Source of the DNA: Anthoceros angustus
Lineage: Eukaryota; Plantae; Anthocerotophyta
Assembly (NCBI GenBank): GCA_010909165.1
Contig: VJWM01000107.1
Location: 124,001 to 188,000 of the forward strand
DNA length: 64,000 bases
Reading direction: 5' to 3'
The translations under genes and the position numbers were made by a program. The notes under the pieces are model-generated. The model was not told the origin of the DNA, did no database searches, and saw only the letters and a list, made by a program, of their open reading frames with translations. This document shows positions 1-11,900 of this stretch, one piece after another (positions within the stretch are counted from its first letter, which is position 1; each line of letters begins with the position of its first letter).

Positions 1-1532
<1,532 letters not shown>

Positions 1533-2249
1533 GCTGCGCTCTCCTCTAGCCCCAGGGCATAGATACAAAACCTAGCCGACGCCTTGTGCAACAAAACCCG
1601 CGCAGGGCAAAGCAGAGCAGGGCGGAAGCACGCCCTCACATCCCCCTGCTTCCAGACATGCCCTGCAGCAGCAGCAGAAGTAGCAGCTATGCTATGCTGT
1701 GCTACGCTAAGCTATGCGTGCGAGGGAGTTCGAAGTGGCACGTCCGGGTTTAGGTCCGTCCTCGGTATGTACCCTCTTGCATTTCCACTTGCATAACATC
1801 ACAGTGACCGCAGTTATCTCGGCGTGGCACCGCCGCGCCTTGGCCTTGGCCCTTGGCTTCGCTTGCTACTGCCCCTGCCTCTGCCTGCGCCTACGCCCGT
1901 GCCGATGGATGCTCCTAATGGCGGGCACAAGAAAGCCAAGCACAAGCACTCTACAGTATCTGCGTGCATGCTGCTCTCACTAGTGTGAGAATGCGAAGAC
2001 GTCTAGCAATCTCATTTCCGCTTCGCCCACTCGCTCGCGCGAGACGCACATCGCAGCATCCCGCTGCACTTCCACTGCCGCAGCTGTTCTGGATATCTTC
2101 TGCGCCCAAGCTGTAAAATGCCTTTGCACAAGCCCAGCCTGGCAGTAATTTTCCGCCCAGATTTTAACGTCGTCATTCACCTACCACAAATCGCAGCTTC
2201 CGCTTATGATACATACGGCGTACCGGTATGTGATTCATTTGAGAAACTA

Positions 2250-3320
2250 AGGGGGTAGGGAAGGGGGACTATATGAGAAAGATTTTATTGAGGGGGAAAA
2301 ATGGATGGAAAACCCCATCCGGCAGAGGACAACCAAGTGAAAAGGAGTAGCTAAGCTCCCTATTCGAAGTCATCAATTGTGCCTAAAATATCGATTGTAA
2401 ATAGCCTAAAACAACATAGGAAGAGCCAGTCCTTCGGGGCATGATGTAGGGCACGAAGGGCCGCAAGCAGGGACTAAAGGAAGGGAGCGAAGAGCCCTCG
2501 CGGTGCGAACATATTCACCCACTTGGCCAAGCAACTTGCAGTGCCGCAGGTTTGGCGCATTCTCGATTCTTGTTCTGACCGTTGTGCTGATTCTACATGA
2601 GCCTTGGAAGCACGCAAAGCCTCCTCCTGGAGAGATGTCTTATCACCAGCTCGAAAACGTCGAAAACGGCTTGCGACCTCACAATAACCAAAAGCCCCTC
2701 CCCTAGACCAACGCAAACACCACCGAGGAAGAAGCAGAAGAAGACACTAAGCCAACTCATCCCGAGAGTCAAGCGCAAGGCGATCCAAGGGGAGATGGAA
2801 CATTAAACGGGCATCATCGTGGAGGTGCCTGGGAAGCCTGCAGAAAGTGGGCATGGAAAGAGGGTTTCAAACATCCCAAGGATGTGATCTAGTTGGGTCC
2901 TCAGCCATTCCCACGATGAAAGAGACGCCCCGAAAGGAACGGTGCTCGATATCGGAGCCTGTGCCACATAGTTGGTGGGGCTGGCGAGATGCACTTGGGC
3001 CGTACAGGTAGTCTGGTCAAAGTCCTTATGCGTATGCCCAATGTGGGATTTCACCCCCTTAATTCCTCAATAACTCAGAGCGCAAACCGGACAAGAGTAT
3101 CCTTGGGGGTCACATACGGTGTGAACCGCCCCATTGGAGACTCTCCATAGGACAATTAGCAGACCCGGAGAGTGTCGGGGAGGGGAAGGATCCCAGTTTA
3201 GGGACAATAAACCCAATTGCAAAAGGACTGATGGCAAAAACCCAAATTGATAACGACGGATGGCAAAAGATTTTTGCACAGGGAGAGTAGCTGCAAGTGA
3301 CTACCCAGAGCCGAGGAGGC
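2250..3320 (-). mobile_element. Decayed, internally deleted RLE-type (CRE-like) non-LTR retrotransposon
   Basis: C2H2 finger CPVCALSY*GIKGVKSHIGHTH (~3095-3030) and an LLLLLPRWCLRWSRGG..SRFRRFRAGD block. The 3' part (DILGTIDDF) resembles the end of the 25855-27290 copy. Stop codons present. Confidence 0.55.
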
Positions 3321-3440
3321 ACTGAAGGCCCGGGACAAAAACGTCCTTAGCCTTTATTGGACATAGGGAGTGTGCACTCTGTATGGCGAGCCCCTATAGG
3401 CTGGCCAAAGGCCCCCGCCTAGAGGGGCCACAACCCGCTA

Positions 3441-3744
3441 GCACCCGTGACAATCCACCACACTAGCACCCACACTTGCCACTCTTAGAAGAAACCCTAA
3501 AAAATCTTGGCCTCGTCAAACCACCTCGTCATCTCCACCATACCCGTCGGCCTGTAGCCCCGTCAATGCTCCATCGCCGCATCACGCAGGAGCCCGAGGA
3601 GCTGAGGTACCCGTGACAACCCACCGCACTAGCACCTACACTTGCCACTCTTAGCAGAAACCCTAAAAACTCTTAGCCTCGTCAAACCACCTCACCATCT
3701 ACACCGTACCCGTCGGCCTACAGCCCCGTGAATGCGCCATCGCC
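3441..3744. repeat. Two imperfect direct copies of a ~137-bp unit (period ~167 bp)
   Basis: acccgtgacaa..cacacttgccactcttag..aaaccctaaaaa..cctcgtcaaaccacctc..acccgtcggcct..ccatcgcc at ~3441 and ~3608. Confidence 0.9.
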
Positions 3745-4061
3745 ATTAGCATCTAATTACTTATCTTTAAGTAAGTAATTAATATTAATTAATCCAAATC
3801 TCTTATGTTAATTAAGCATTAATTAGTGTTAATTAAACATGGTTAGCAATAGCTAAGTTGATAAGCACAAGTAATATGCTTTAGCATATTCCTTACATAT
3901 TATAGTATATTCTTAAGATATTTTTGGCATATGTTAGTGCTAATAGGATATCTTAGGAATATGCCAATGCCATCGGCTAGTATATATAGACCCTTTCAGA
4001 GAGGACAGGCTCAGATCATAGAGCCTTGTCCTCTAGATATGCAATGCAAGAGTGTTCTGAG

Positions 4062-4222
4062 GAGGCCACCGCAGGTTGCTGTCCTACCACCGTAGCCTTG
4101 CCTCCTGCAGTGGTAGGCTCCCTTACAAAGAGGAGGGTTGGGTCCCATACCACCGTGGGCACACTTCCTACCCCCGTAGGCTTATTACCTACCTTGATAG
4201 GTGTCATTCCTATCGCGGTAGG
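4062..4222. repeat. Array of CCTAC-N4-GTAGG palindromes at 21-bp period, possibly in an LTR remnant
   Basis: Units at 4083, 4104, 4146, 4167, 4188 and 4209 with variable 7-bp spacers; TATATA at ~3981. Confidence 0.75.
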
Positions 4223-4289
4223 CTCCAGCCTTTATTCCATTTACGGTGTTCTTCTTTGATCAACAACCCCTCCGTCTCCCACAAGTGAA

Positions 4290-4900
4290 TCACAAGTGAT
4301 ACATGCTAAGATAGTAGGGCCGTGCACTTCCTTCATCCGCTGCATCGGGCTTAAGCAATTTCTCCCGGTGATGTATGTAAGCTTTATACATGATCAAGCC
4401 CCAATCTGGCCTTTGTTCTTCAGACACTTTCCACAAGCAGTGTAAGAATATGTTGTTAAAATAAGAGGCGCGTGGGCAATTCGCCAAGCCCAACACAATC
4501 TTAGCAAACAATCTCCACTTGAGCTCCATCACCTCGTCTATCTTCCAACTGTTCTTGATCTTAGCTTTCATTCCTCCTGCATAAGGGTAAAGGCCTCATA
4601 AAATAGATATGTCACCGTCGACCTCTTCCCTCCATTGGTCCTTTCCATGAGGGTGATCCCGTCATCCTCAGTATCTAGCCTCCCATATACCTGCCTAATG
4701 CACTTCACCATCCACCATCTTGGGTGTGTTCTGGCATTTCGATCCGGTAAGGCAGCCAATTCCTCTTGTGTCTGATGTAGACTTGCATAACATTCTTCAA
4801 TCAACTCCAAATTGGAGTTGGCCCAATGCTTGCCATACACCCATTCCAGCTGGATGTTTTCTTCCGCTCCTAAGGTCCCTAGAAGACAATTGATCTGCAA
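4290..4900 (-). pseudogene. Frameshifted ORF remnant, possibly an LTR-retrotransposon accessory ORF
   Basis: Consecutive ORFs 4900-4568 and 4571-4290 (LELIEECYASL..PDWGLIMY) lie between repeat remnants. Only a loose resemblance to retroelement extra ORFs. Confidence 0.3.
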
Positions 4901-6256
4901 AGCATGTGAATTGTGGCATGTCCAATTTCTATTCTTCCGGATCCGGACCTCCTATCTTAGACTTTTTGCCTTTGCTTGCCCCGCTTTCCTTGATAGGCGT
5001 CTTTGCCTTGGCAGCTACCTTCTTGCCCTTGGTATTCGTGGACTTAGTAATGGCTTCCTTGCTAAGTTCTTACACAAAGTTGAGGAAAAAGGAAGGCTTC
5101 TCTTGCAATTCTTACGTTAGTTGCCAGATGCCTACCACGGTAGCTAGGTGATCTTTCTCCCTGCAATTTCCACACATATACCACTCCTTGGACTTCGTCC
5201 TTGCTTACAAACCACCTAGCCTTGCACCCTAGCCTTCCCAAGCACCAACTCTACCTGTTATGACTTGAAACAGAATTCTCTTCCAAAGTTCCTCACGGAC
5301 TCTTACACTTGTGCCTTTCAATTTGGGAGCTCTTCCTTCAAATTTTCCTTGCAATCCTGCTATGCCTCACTCTTCCTATCACTCTTGCAAGGTTAGGGAG
5401 GTGTGGTTTGCCCTCTTGCACCTCGTTTCCCTTCCTTCTTTCTCTCTTTCTTTCTGCACCTCCTTTTGGAGTCCTGCTATCTTTTTTCCTCCATTGCCCA
5501 ACTTGCGCCCTCCCCCTTCAGCTTGAGGATAGGCGAGGTAATGATGACTATGCCTACACGTGAAGATGAAGCTGGTAATGCATATAGTTCTAGTGAAACA
5601 AATTGTGAGACACGGGTTGAGAGTGATCTAACCCAGTGGCAATTTGCATGCTCGTGTTGGCCTCGTCAGACTTTTGCTTGATCATCATCGCGCCAACAGA
5701 AGCAATTTTGGCTGGATTTATCAGATTTTACGATGCTAGCACAAATGGAGCATTCATTTCGCATTGTCACTAGGTTTTTGTCCTTCCGACGTCATTGTGT
5801 CGTGAGGCTCGAAACATCCGTGTTTCCGTGCTTTGGAGCACATGTTGGTGATCATAGCTATGTGTTTTAATGCAATAGCGGTTATATGCTATTGTCTTTT
5901 CGAGTAGCACAACATCGTATTGCATTTGTCTTGTTATTCATATTGATCGGGATAAGTTTGATAGCTGCTCTAATGGTTGTGATCTACTTAGCACAATGCG
6001 CCACCCGTGAATCTGTGGAGTGGCGTACTAAGAGGGCGAAGACATTTGCATGGACTGGCATACATGTCGTTGGAGGGGAACAAGGACAGCCTTACAACCG
6101 GTCACAAAAGTTGTGGTATCACAAGGCAGGCGAGCATTTTACCAAACTCAAAGCTCTGGTCTTGAGTTATCTTGGGGAGAAGGGTATTTTACAATGCGGA
6201 TCCTTATAAATATTTTTTTTTGCTAAGTATGTGATATTTAGAACGTGGCTACATTG

Positions 6257-6370
6257 TTTTACAATAATGGCTTATTCATTTACAACAATGGCTTATCCAT
6301 TTGTAACATTTACAACAATGGCTTAACCATTTGTAACATTCACAACGATGGCTCAACCATTTGTAACATC
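6257..6370. repeat. Short tandem array of a ~30-bp self-complementary unit
   Basis: tttacaacaatggcttatccatttgtaaca-like unit x3 plus a partial unit. Confidence 0.8.
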
Positions 6371-6439
6371 GGCCTCTTAGTTTACAAGAGAACGTGGAGA
6401 CTAAGTTATAAAATAAGCAAAGATGGGAAGTCTACGCCG

Positions 6440-6795
6440 AGGTGGTGGAGAATAACCCATAAAAAGGCCCTAGGCCAAAAGGGGGACTAATCACCACGAG
6501 TGTCTACCCTGAGGCTACCTAACACCCCCAACATGTTGTAATCTAAGATAGGAAAGGGCCAACTTACCACTGAAGCTAAAGATCCAGTATCTAACACATT
6601 CGAACTTATTTTGAAAGTAGCTCTGCAAAGCGATGGAAACATGTTGCTGGAAGTAAGCCACCACTCAGGATAGAGGGAGACCTACCCCGTGCTTACGGGT
6701 GTGGTAGGCCTTTGCACAACCCTTGATAAACTGCACAAACTCTTTGTTCATGGCCCCATGAGTTTTGATAGCAAGGGAATGAAAGCATGACAAGA
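6440..6795 (-). mobile_element. 3' fragment (RLE domain end) of the same non-LTR family
   Basis: Reverse strand reads HAFIP/LAIKTHGAMNKEFVQFIKGCAKAYH..LPLS*VVAYFQQHVSIALQ, matching 26870-27045. Confidence 0.7.
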
Positions 6796-7445
6796 GATTT
6801 TATATTATATCACTATTTTGAAATTCCGTTATAAGGCCATGTTGTAAATTAGCTTAATCGGGGTCTATTATTATAGGCCGTTAAATACAATAATTTAATT
6901 TATCTCCTTATAACGTAATGTAAGTCATCTATGTTGTAAGATGCAACATTCCACGGCCTTGATCGGCTCCGGGAGGTTGGAAGCTGAGTCTCGGAATGGC
7001 TGTTTTCTTTCACGATTTGTGGGTACATAAGGGCTTGGCCGCGTTAAGGCCAAGAACTGGGCGTGTGTACGGCGCAATGGTGTGTGGGGGCCTCTTTGAG
7101 CTCGCGATGTGGCGGCGCCATCCTGCAGTGAGGGCGTCTTCCACTTTCAAAGTTGGCTTCTTGCACACATGCAACGGATCATGTATGACACCTGGGGTTA
7201 AGAAGGGTAGCTCCCACTTCCTGCACCCTTAGATGTGTACCATGTGGCACCCTTCCCACCGTTGCTGTTAGTTTCCTAGGTCCCCTTATGCTAAAATACC
7301 ATTTTCCCTATTTTCCTAATTTCTATTTGCTGAAAATTAGCCTCTAATTTCCTAATTTCCTATCCTATTTATCTAGTCCACTAAAAGGCTACATATATAG
7401 CAGTCATATCCTGAATTCTATGCTTCATACCTTGAGAAACTGTTA

Positions 7446-7642
7446 TCTACGGTGGTAGGTGATTATCCTACCATGGTAGGATATATGGCTACCACGGGAG
7501 GTGTCCCATACCCTTGGGAAACCTCTTTCCCACGATGATAGGAGACTATCCTATGAGGGTAGGTGTCCCCCATCATTTACCTACGGTGCCTACCATGGTA
7601 GGTGTGTCACCTAGGGTGGTAGGTGTTCTCCTACCGCTCACA
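7446..7642. repeat. Second CCTAC-N4-GTAGG 21-bp-phased palindrome array
   Basis: Units at 7446, 7467, 7488, 7529, 7550, 7589 and 7610; catatatag at ~7392; ends ..ctcaca. Confidence 0.75.
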
Positions 7643-7859
7643 TAAGTTATGTACTCGTCTCACCACGAGGTCGTTTTGACCCGTTTCTTTTTCCTTGAAT
7701 ATCCTCCCTACCTTCCCGACAGTATCCTACAGTTCCAGTTTCAAAAGGAACAAAAAAGTTCTAGCATGTTTCCACCGAACCATTTCTAACCAAAAGAATT
7801 CGAACCCGTTCAAAAATAAACTAACTTAACCCAGTTGCCCAAACTTTTGCGTTCCACAC

Positions 7860-8560
7860 CAAACCTGTTGATACACCAATAAATACAAATCTACCATAGT
7901 TATCAATTGTCCACAATCGAACCAAGACAAGGTGGACATGGCCAAAGTGCCATGCCGGCAGGAAGTAGACTTGCCGATATATGTCGCAAATTCGTTGAGA
8001 GCTGAAATTCAGTTTTCAGTCAGTCAACACAACCAATTCCTTCATAATCCAAGAAAGGCCCATTGGGTAGCCGTCAAACATATCTACAAATATTTGAAGA
8101 GTGCACGTAGCTTAAGAATACATCACAAAAGACATGTAAAGATTTCTCTAACCCTAATGGGATATTCAGATGCAAATTGGGGGTGAAATCTTGATGAGAG
8201 AAGAAGCATAGAAGCATATATGTTCCTGTTGAGTGGAGGTGCTTTGAGCTGGTCTTGCAAGAAAATCTTAGCCATATGTGCTGCTATTGCTGAGTGTGAA
8301 TATAGTGCCTTATTATTGGCGGCAAAAGACTTATTATGGGGATGCAGCCTCCTTGCGAGCATGGACTACCACATAGCATTGCCACATAACTGAATATCAA
8401 TAGTCAAGTTGCCATAGCCATGGTGGCTAATTCTAGATTTTATGGGTGGGCCAAGCACGTTGAACTAAAACATCACTTCATCCACGAAGTGCTAGCAGGT
8501 AACAAGACGCATTTGGTCTATGTTCGTACAGATCAGAACATTACTGATGCTTTCAATTTT
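7860..8560 (+). mobile_element. Ty1/copia retrotransposon remnant (RT C-terminus and RNase H)
   Basis: QFLHNPRKAHWVAVKHIYKYLK, GYSDANWG, GGALSWSCKK, AECEY, KHVELKHHFI and VRTDQNITDAF, with stops and frameshifts. Confidence 0.85.
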
Positions 8561-8909
8561 ATTTTGGACTACCTTTACAATTCGAGGTCCTTACCAGATA
8601 TGCAGCCTACTTAAGACAAAAATATATCTTCCTACTGCACGGGACTTTAGAGCTATTGCTAAACATCGGAGAACGCTAAAGGTCCTAACACTACCTATGT
8701 TTTCGGCTTTAAGAAAATTCGCTTTCCTACTTGGCGTGTATTATTTCAACTAAATCGGGCGAATTGAAACCCCGGACTGGGAGTCCGTTGAGAGTTTGGA
8801 CACGAGCGGCAAACACTTAGCAGCAATGGACAGAGAAAGCTGTATTTGGGCAAAGCAACATTAGGTGCAGGGCGATGGGCTGGTGCGTTTTGCACTCCTG
8901 GTGCGAGGT

Positions 8910-11900
8910 ATGGCTGTGTGGAACGTGGCAGTTGTGTCACGTAAAGGGCAAGAACAAACGTTGTGGGGACAGCCATTGTGGTTCCAACATTGTGGTGGGT
9001 TGATAGGTGTTGGTGGAAGATGTCCCGCCCACCTGACTACGTTGGCAAACTACGAAGCCGCGATGGGCACAGCCGTTGCCAGAACGCAAGCCCGTCCAAG
9101 AGGATGTGTGGCTGGAGAAGGATGTGGCAGCGACGGTCGTCGTCGGCACGAGGCCTTGTGGCAACAGTTTTTTTTGGACCCGACAGTTTGGTTGGACAAC
9201 AGGCAACACAAAAAGAGCGTGCATTTGCCTGACTTTCGGCATCGGGAGACCCAAGAGGTGCTCTGGCTGAGCAGCCTTCACAAGCCAGCTTGGGTGGATG
9301 GAGAGCTAGCTGCTCTGGACATACAGATGGGGCGCCCTGGGGGGCCTGCAGGATACGATATGGACGTGACGTCTGAAACCGTGGCTAGTCTATGTGATGG
9401 GGGGCGGCTCAGTGAGGCCGTGGAGGCTCTGGGAGTTCTGGTGCACAGGGATGCTCATGTTTCGAAATCTCTGTTTTATGGGGTGCTTAAAAGATGTGTG
9501 GGTGAGACGGGGCTGATTCTGGGTCGCCGTGTTCATGCTCTCGTGGTGAAGAAGAGCTGTGAGACGGACACGTTCCTGTGCAACCACATTCTTCGGATGT
9601 ACGCTTCTCATGCTAGATTGGAAGAAGCTATGGATGTGTTCAATATGGCTGCCCACCCAGATGCTTTCTTGTGGTCTTCTATCATGTCCGCGCTTGTCAA
9701 AGATGGGCAAGATGCGCAGGCCGTGAAACTGTATCATCGGATGCGCACTTCGAGTGTGGAGGCAGACGGGCATGTGTTTGTAGCAGCGCTTCAGGCTTGT
9801 GCGAGGGGAAGAGACTTGGAATCGGGGGTGCAGGTGCATGCTGATATGCTGGCTGGTGGCGTTGAGCCTGATTTGTTTGTTGGGAGTTGCTTGGTTGACA
9901 TGTATGCAAGGTGTGGGAGCTTGGAAGACGCTCAAAGAGCGTTTGACGGGCTTTCTCAGAAAAATGTGGTGACGTGGAGTGCCTTGATTGCAGGATATGC
10001 GCAGCAGGGCATGGGACAGGAGGCCCTTTGTGTTTATAGGACTATGCAGGAAGAAGGCAATGTCGCACCCAATTCTGTGACGTTTGTGTGCCTCCTGCAG
10101 GCATGTGCCAGTGCGGGTGCTGCTGCTTTGGAAGAGGGGAAGCAGCTTCATGTGCAGATTAGAGAACGAGGACTTGAGGCTGATGTAGTTGTAGGTGGGA
10201 GCCTGGTGAACATGTATGCAAAGTGTGGCAGCCTGAAGGTGGCTCGGGGCGTCTTTGAAGGACTTAGTCAGAAAAATGTGGTAACTTGGAATGCCATGAT
10301 CGCAGGGTATTCCCAGCAGGGCATGGGACATGAAGCCCTTGGTCTTTATAGGGTTATGCAGGAAGAAGGGATGGCTCCACCTGATGCTGTGACACTCGTG
10401 TCCCTTCTGCAGGCTTGTGCAAGCGTGGGCACGTCAGCGCTGGAAACGGGAAAGGAGCTTCATGCACAAATTAGAGAACGAGGCCTGCAGGCCGATGTTA
10501 TTGTTAGTGGCAGCTTGGTGAACATGTATGCAAAATGTGGCTGTCTAGGGCAGGCTCGGAGCCTGTTTGATGGACTTGGTCAGAAAAGTGTGGTGACATG
10601 GAATGCCATGATAGCAGGATATTCGAAGCAGGGGATGGGGCAGGAAGCCTTTCTCCTGTACAGTGCTATGCAGGAAGAGGACATTATTGGACCTGATTCT
10701 GTGACTTTTGTGTGTCTCTTACAGGCATGTGCGAGTGTCGGCACTCTGGCTTTGGAGAAAGGGAAGCAGCTTCATGCACAGATTAGAGAACGAGGGCTTC
10801 AGGTTGATGTAGCTGTATCTGGGAGCCTGGTAAACATGTATGCAAAGTGTGGGAGCCTATTGGATGCTCGTGGCGTGTTTGATGCGCTTGATGAGAAAAA
10901 TGTGGTGACGTGGAGTGCCATGATAGCTGGATATTCCCAGCAGGGCATGGGGCAGGATGCTCTTGGGCTCTACAGGGCTATGCAGGAAGAAGGCGTGGTC
11001 GTAGTTGATTCTGTGACTTTTGTGTCTCTGCTGCAGGCATGTGCAAGCGTGGGTGCCATGGCTTTGGAGGAGGAAGCAGCTGCATGGACATATAAGAGAG
11101 CGAGGTCTTCAAGCTGATGTAGTTGTAGGTGGGAGCCTGGTAAACATGTATGCCAAGTCACGGGAGCCTAGAGGATGCTCTTGGAGTATTTGAAGGACTT
11201 GATGAAAGAATGTGGTGACATGGAATGCTATGATATCAGCCTATGGCCAGGGGAATGGGGCTAGCAGCCCTTCATCTTCACACCACTATGCAAGAAGAAG
11301 GTGTTGTTCCGATCCTGTCACATTTGTGTGCCTTCTGCAGGCATGTGCAAGTATGGGGAAACAGGCTTTGGAAAAGGGAAGCAGCTTCATTCACAAATTG
11401 AGAACTAGAACTCCAAGCTGACGGGTTTGTCGTTAGCAGTTTGGTGGACATGTATGCAAAGTGTGGCAGCCCGAGAATGCTCGTGATGTGTTTGATGGAC
11501 TTGATAGCAAAGTGTGGTGACTTGGAATGCTATGATAGCAGGATATTCCAGCAGGGCATGGGACATGAAGCCTTGGTCTTTATAGGGTTATGCAGGAAGA
11601 AGGGATGGCTCCACCTGATGCTGTGACACTCGTGTCCCTTCTGCAGGCTTGTGCAAGCGTGGGCACGTCAGCGCTGGAAACGGGAAAGGAGCTTCATGCA
11701 CAAATTAGAGAACGAGGCCTGCAGGCCGATGTTATTGTTAGTGGCAGCTTGGTGAACATGTATGCAAAATGTGGCTGTCTAGGGCAGGCTCGGAGCCTGT
11801 TTGATGGACTTGGTCAGAAAAGTGTGGTGACATGGAATGCCATGATAGCAGGATATTCAAGCAGGGGATGGGGCAGGAAGCCTTTCTCCTGTACAGTGCT

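Noticed and set aside
4062-7642. CRISPR array (palindromic repeats with variable spacers)
   Set aside because: Repeats of 14 bp and spacers of 7 bp are far too short, there are no cas genes, and the context is eukaryotic.
9390-10331. Long antisense ORFs over PPR and PNPase genes (also 28312-29091 and 44921-45628)
   Set aside because: Shadows of repetitive or biased coding sequence with no independent motifs.
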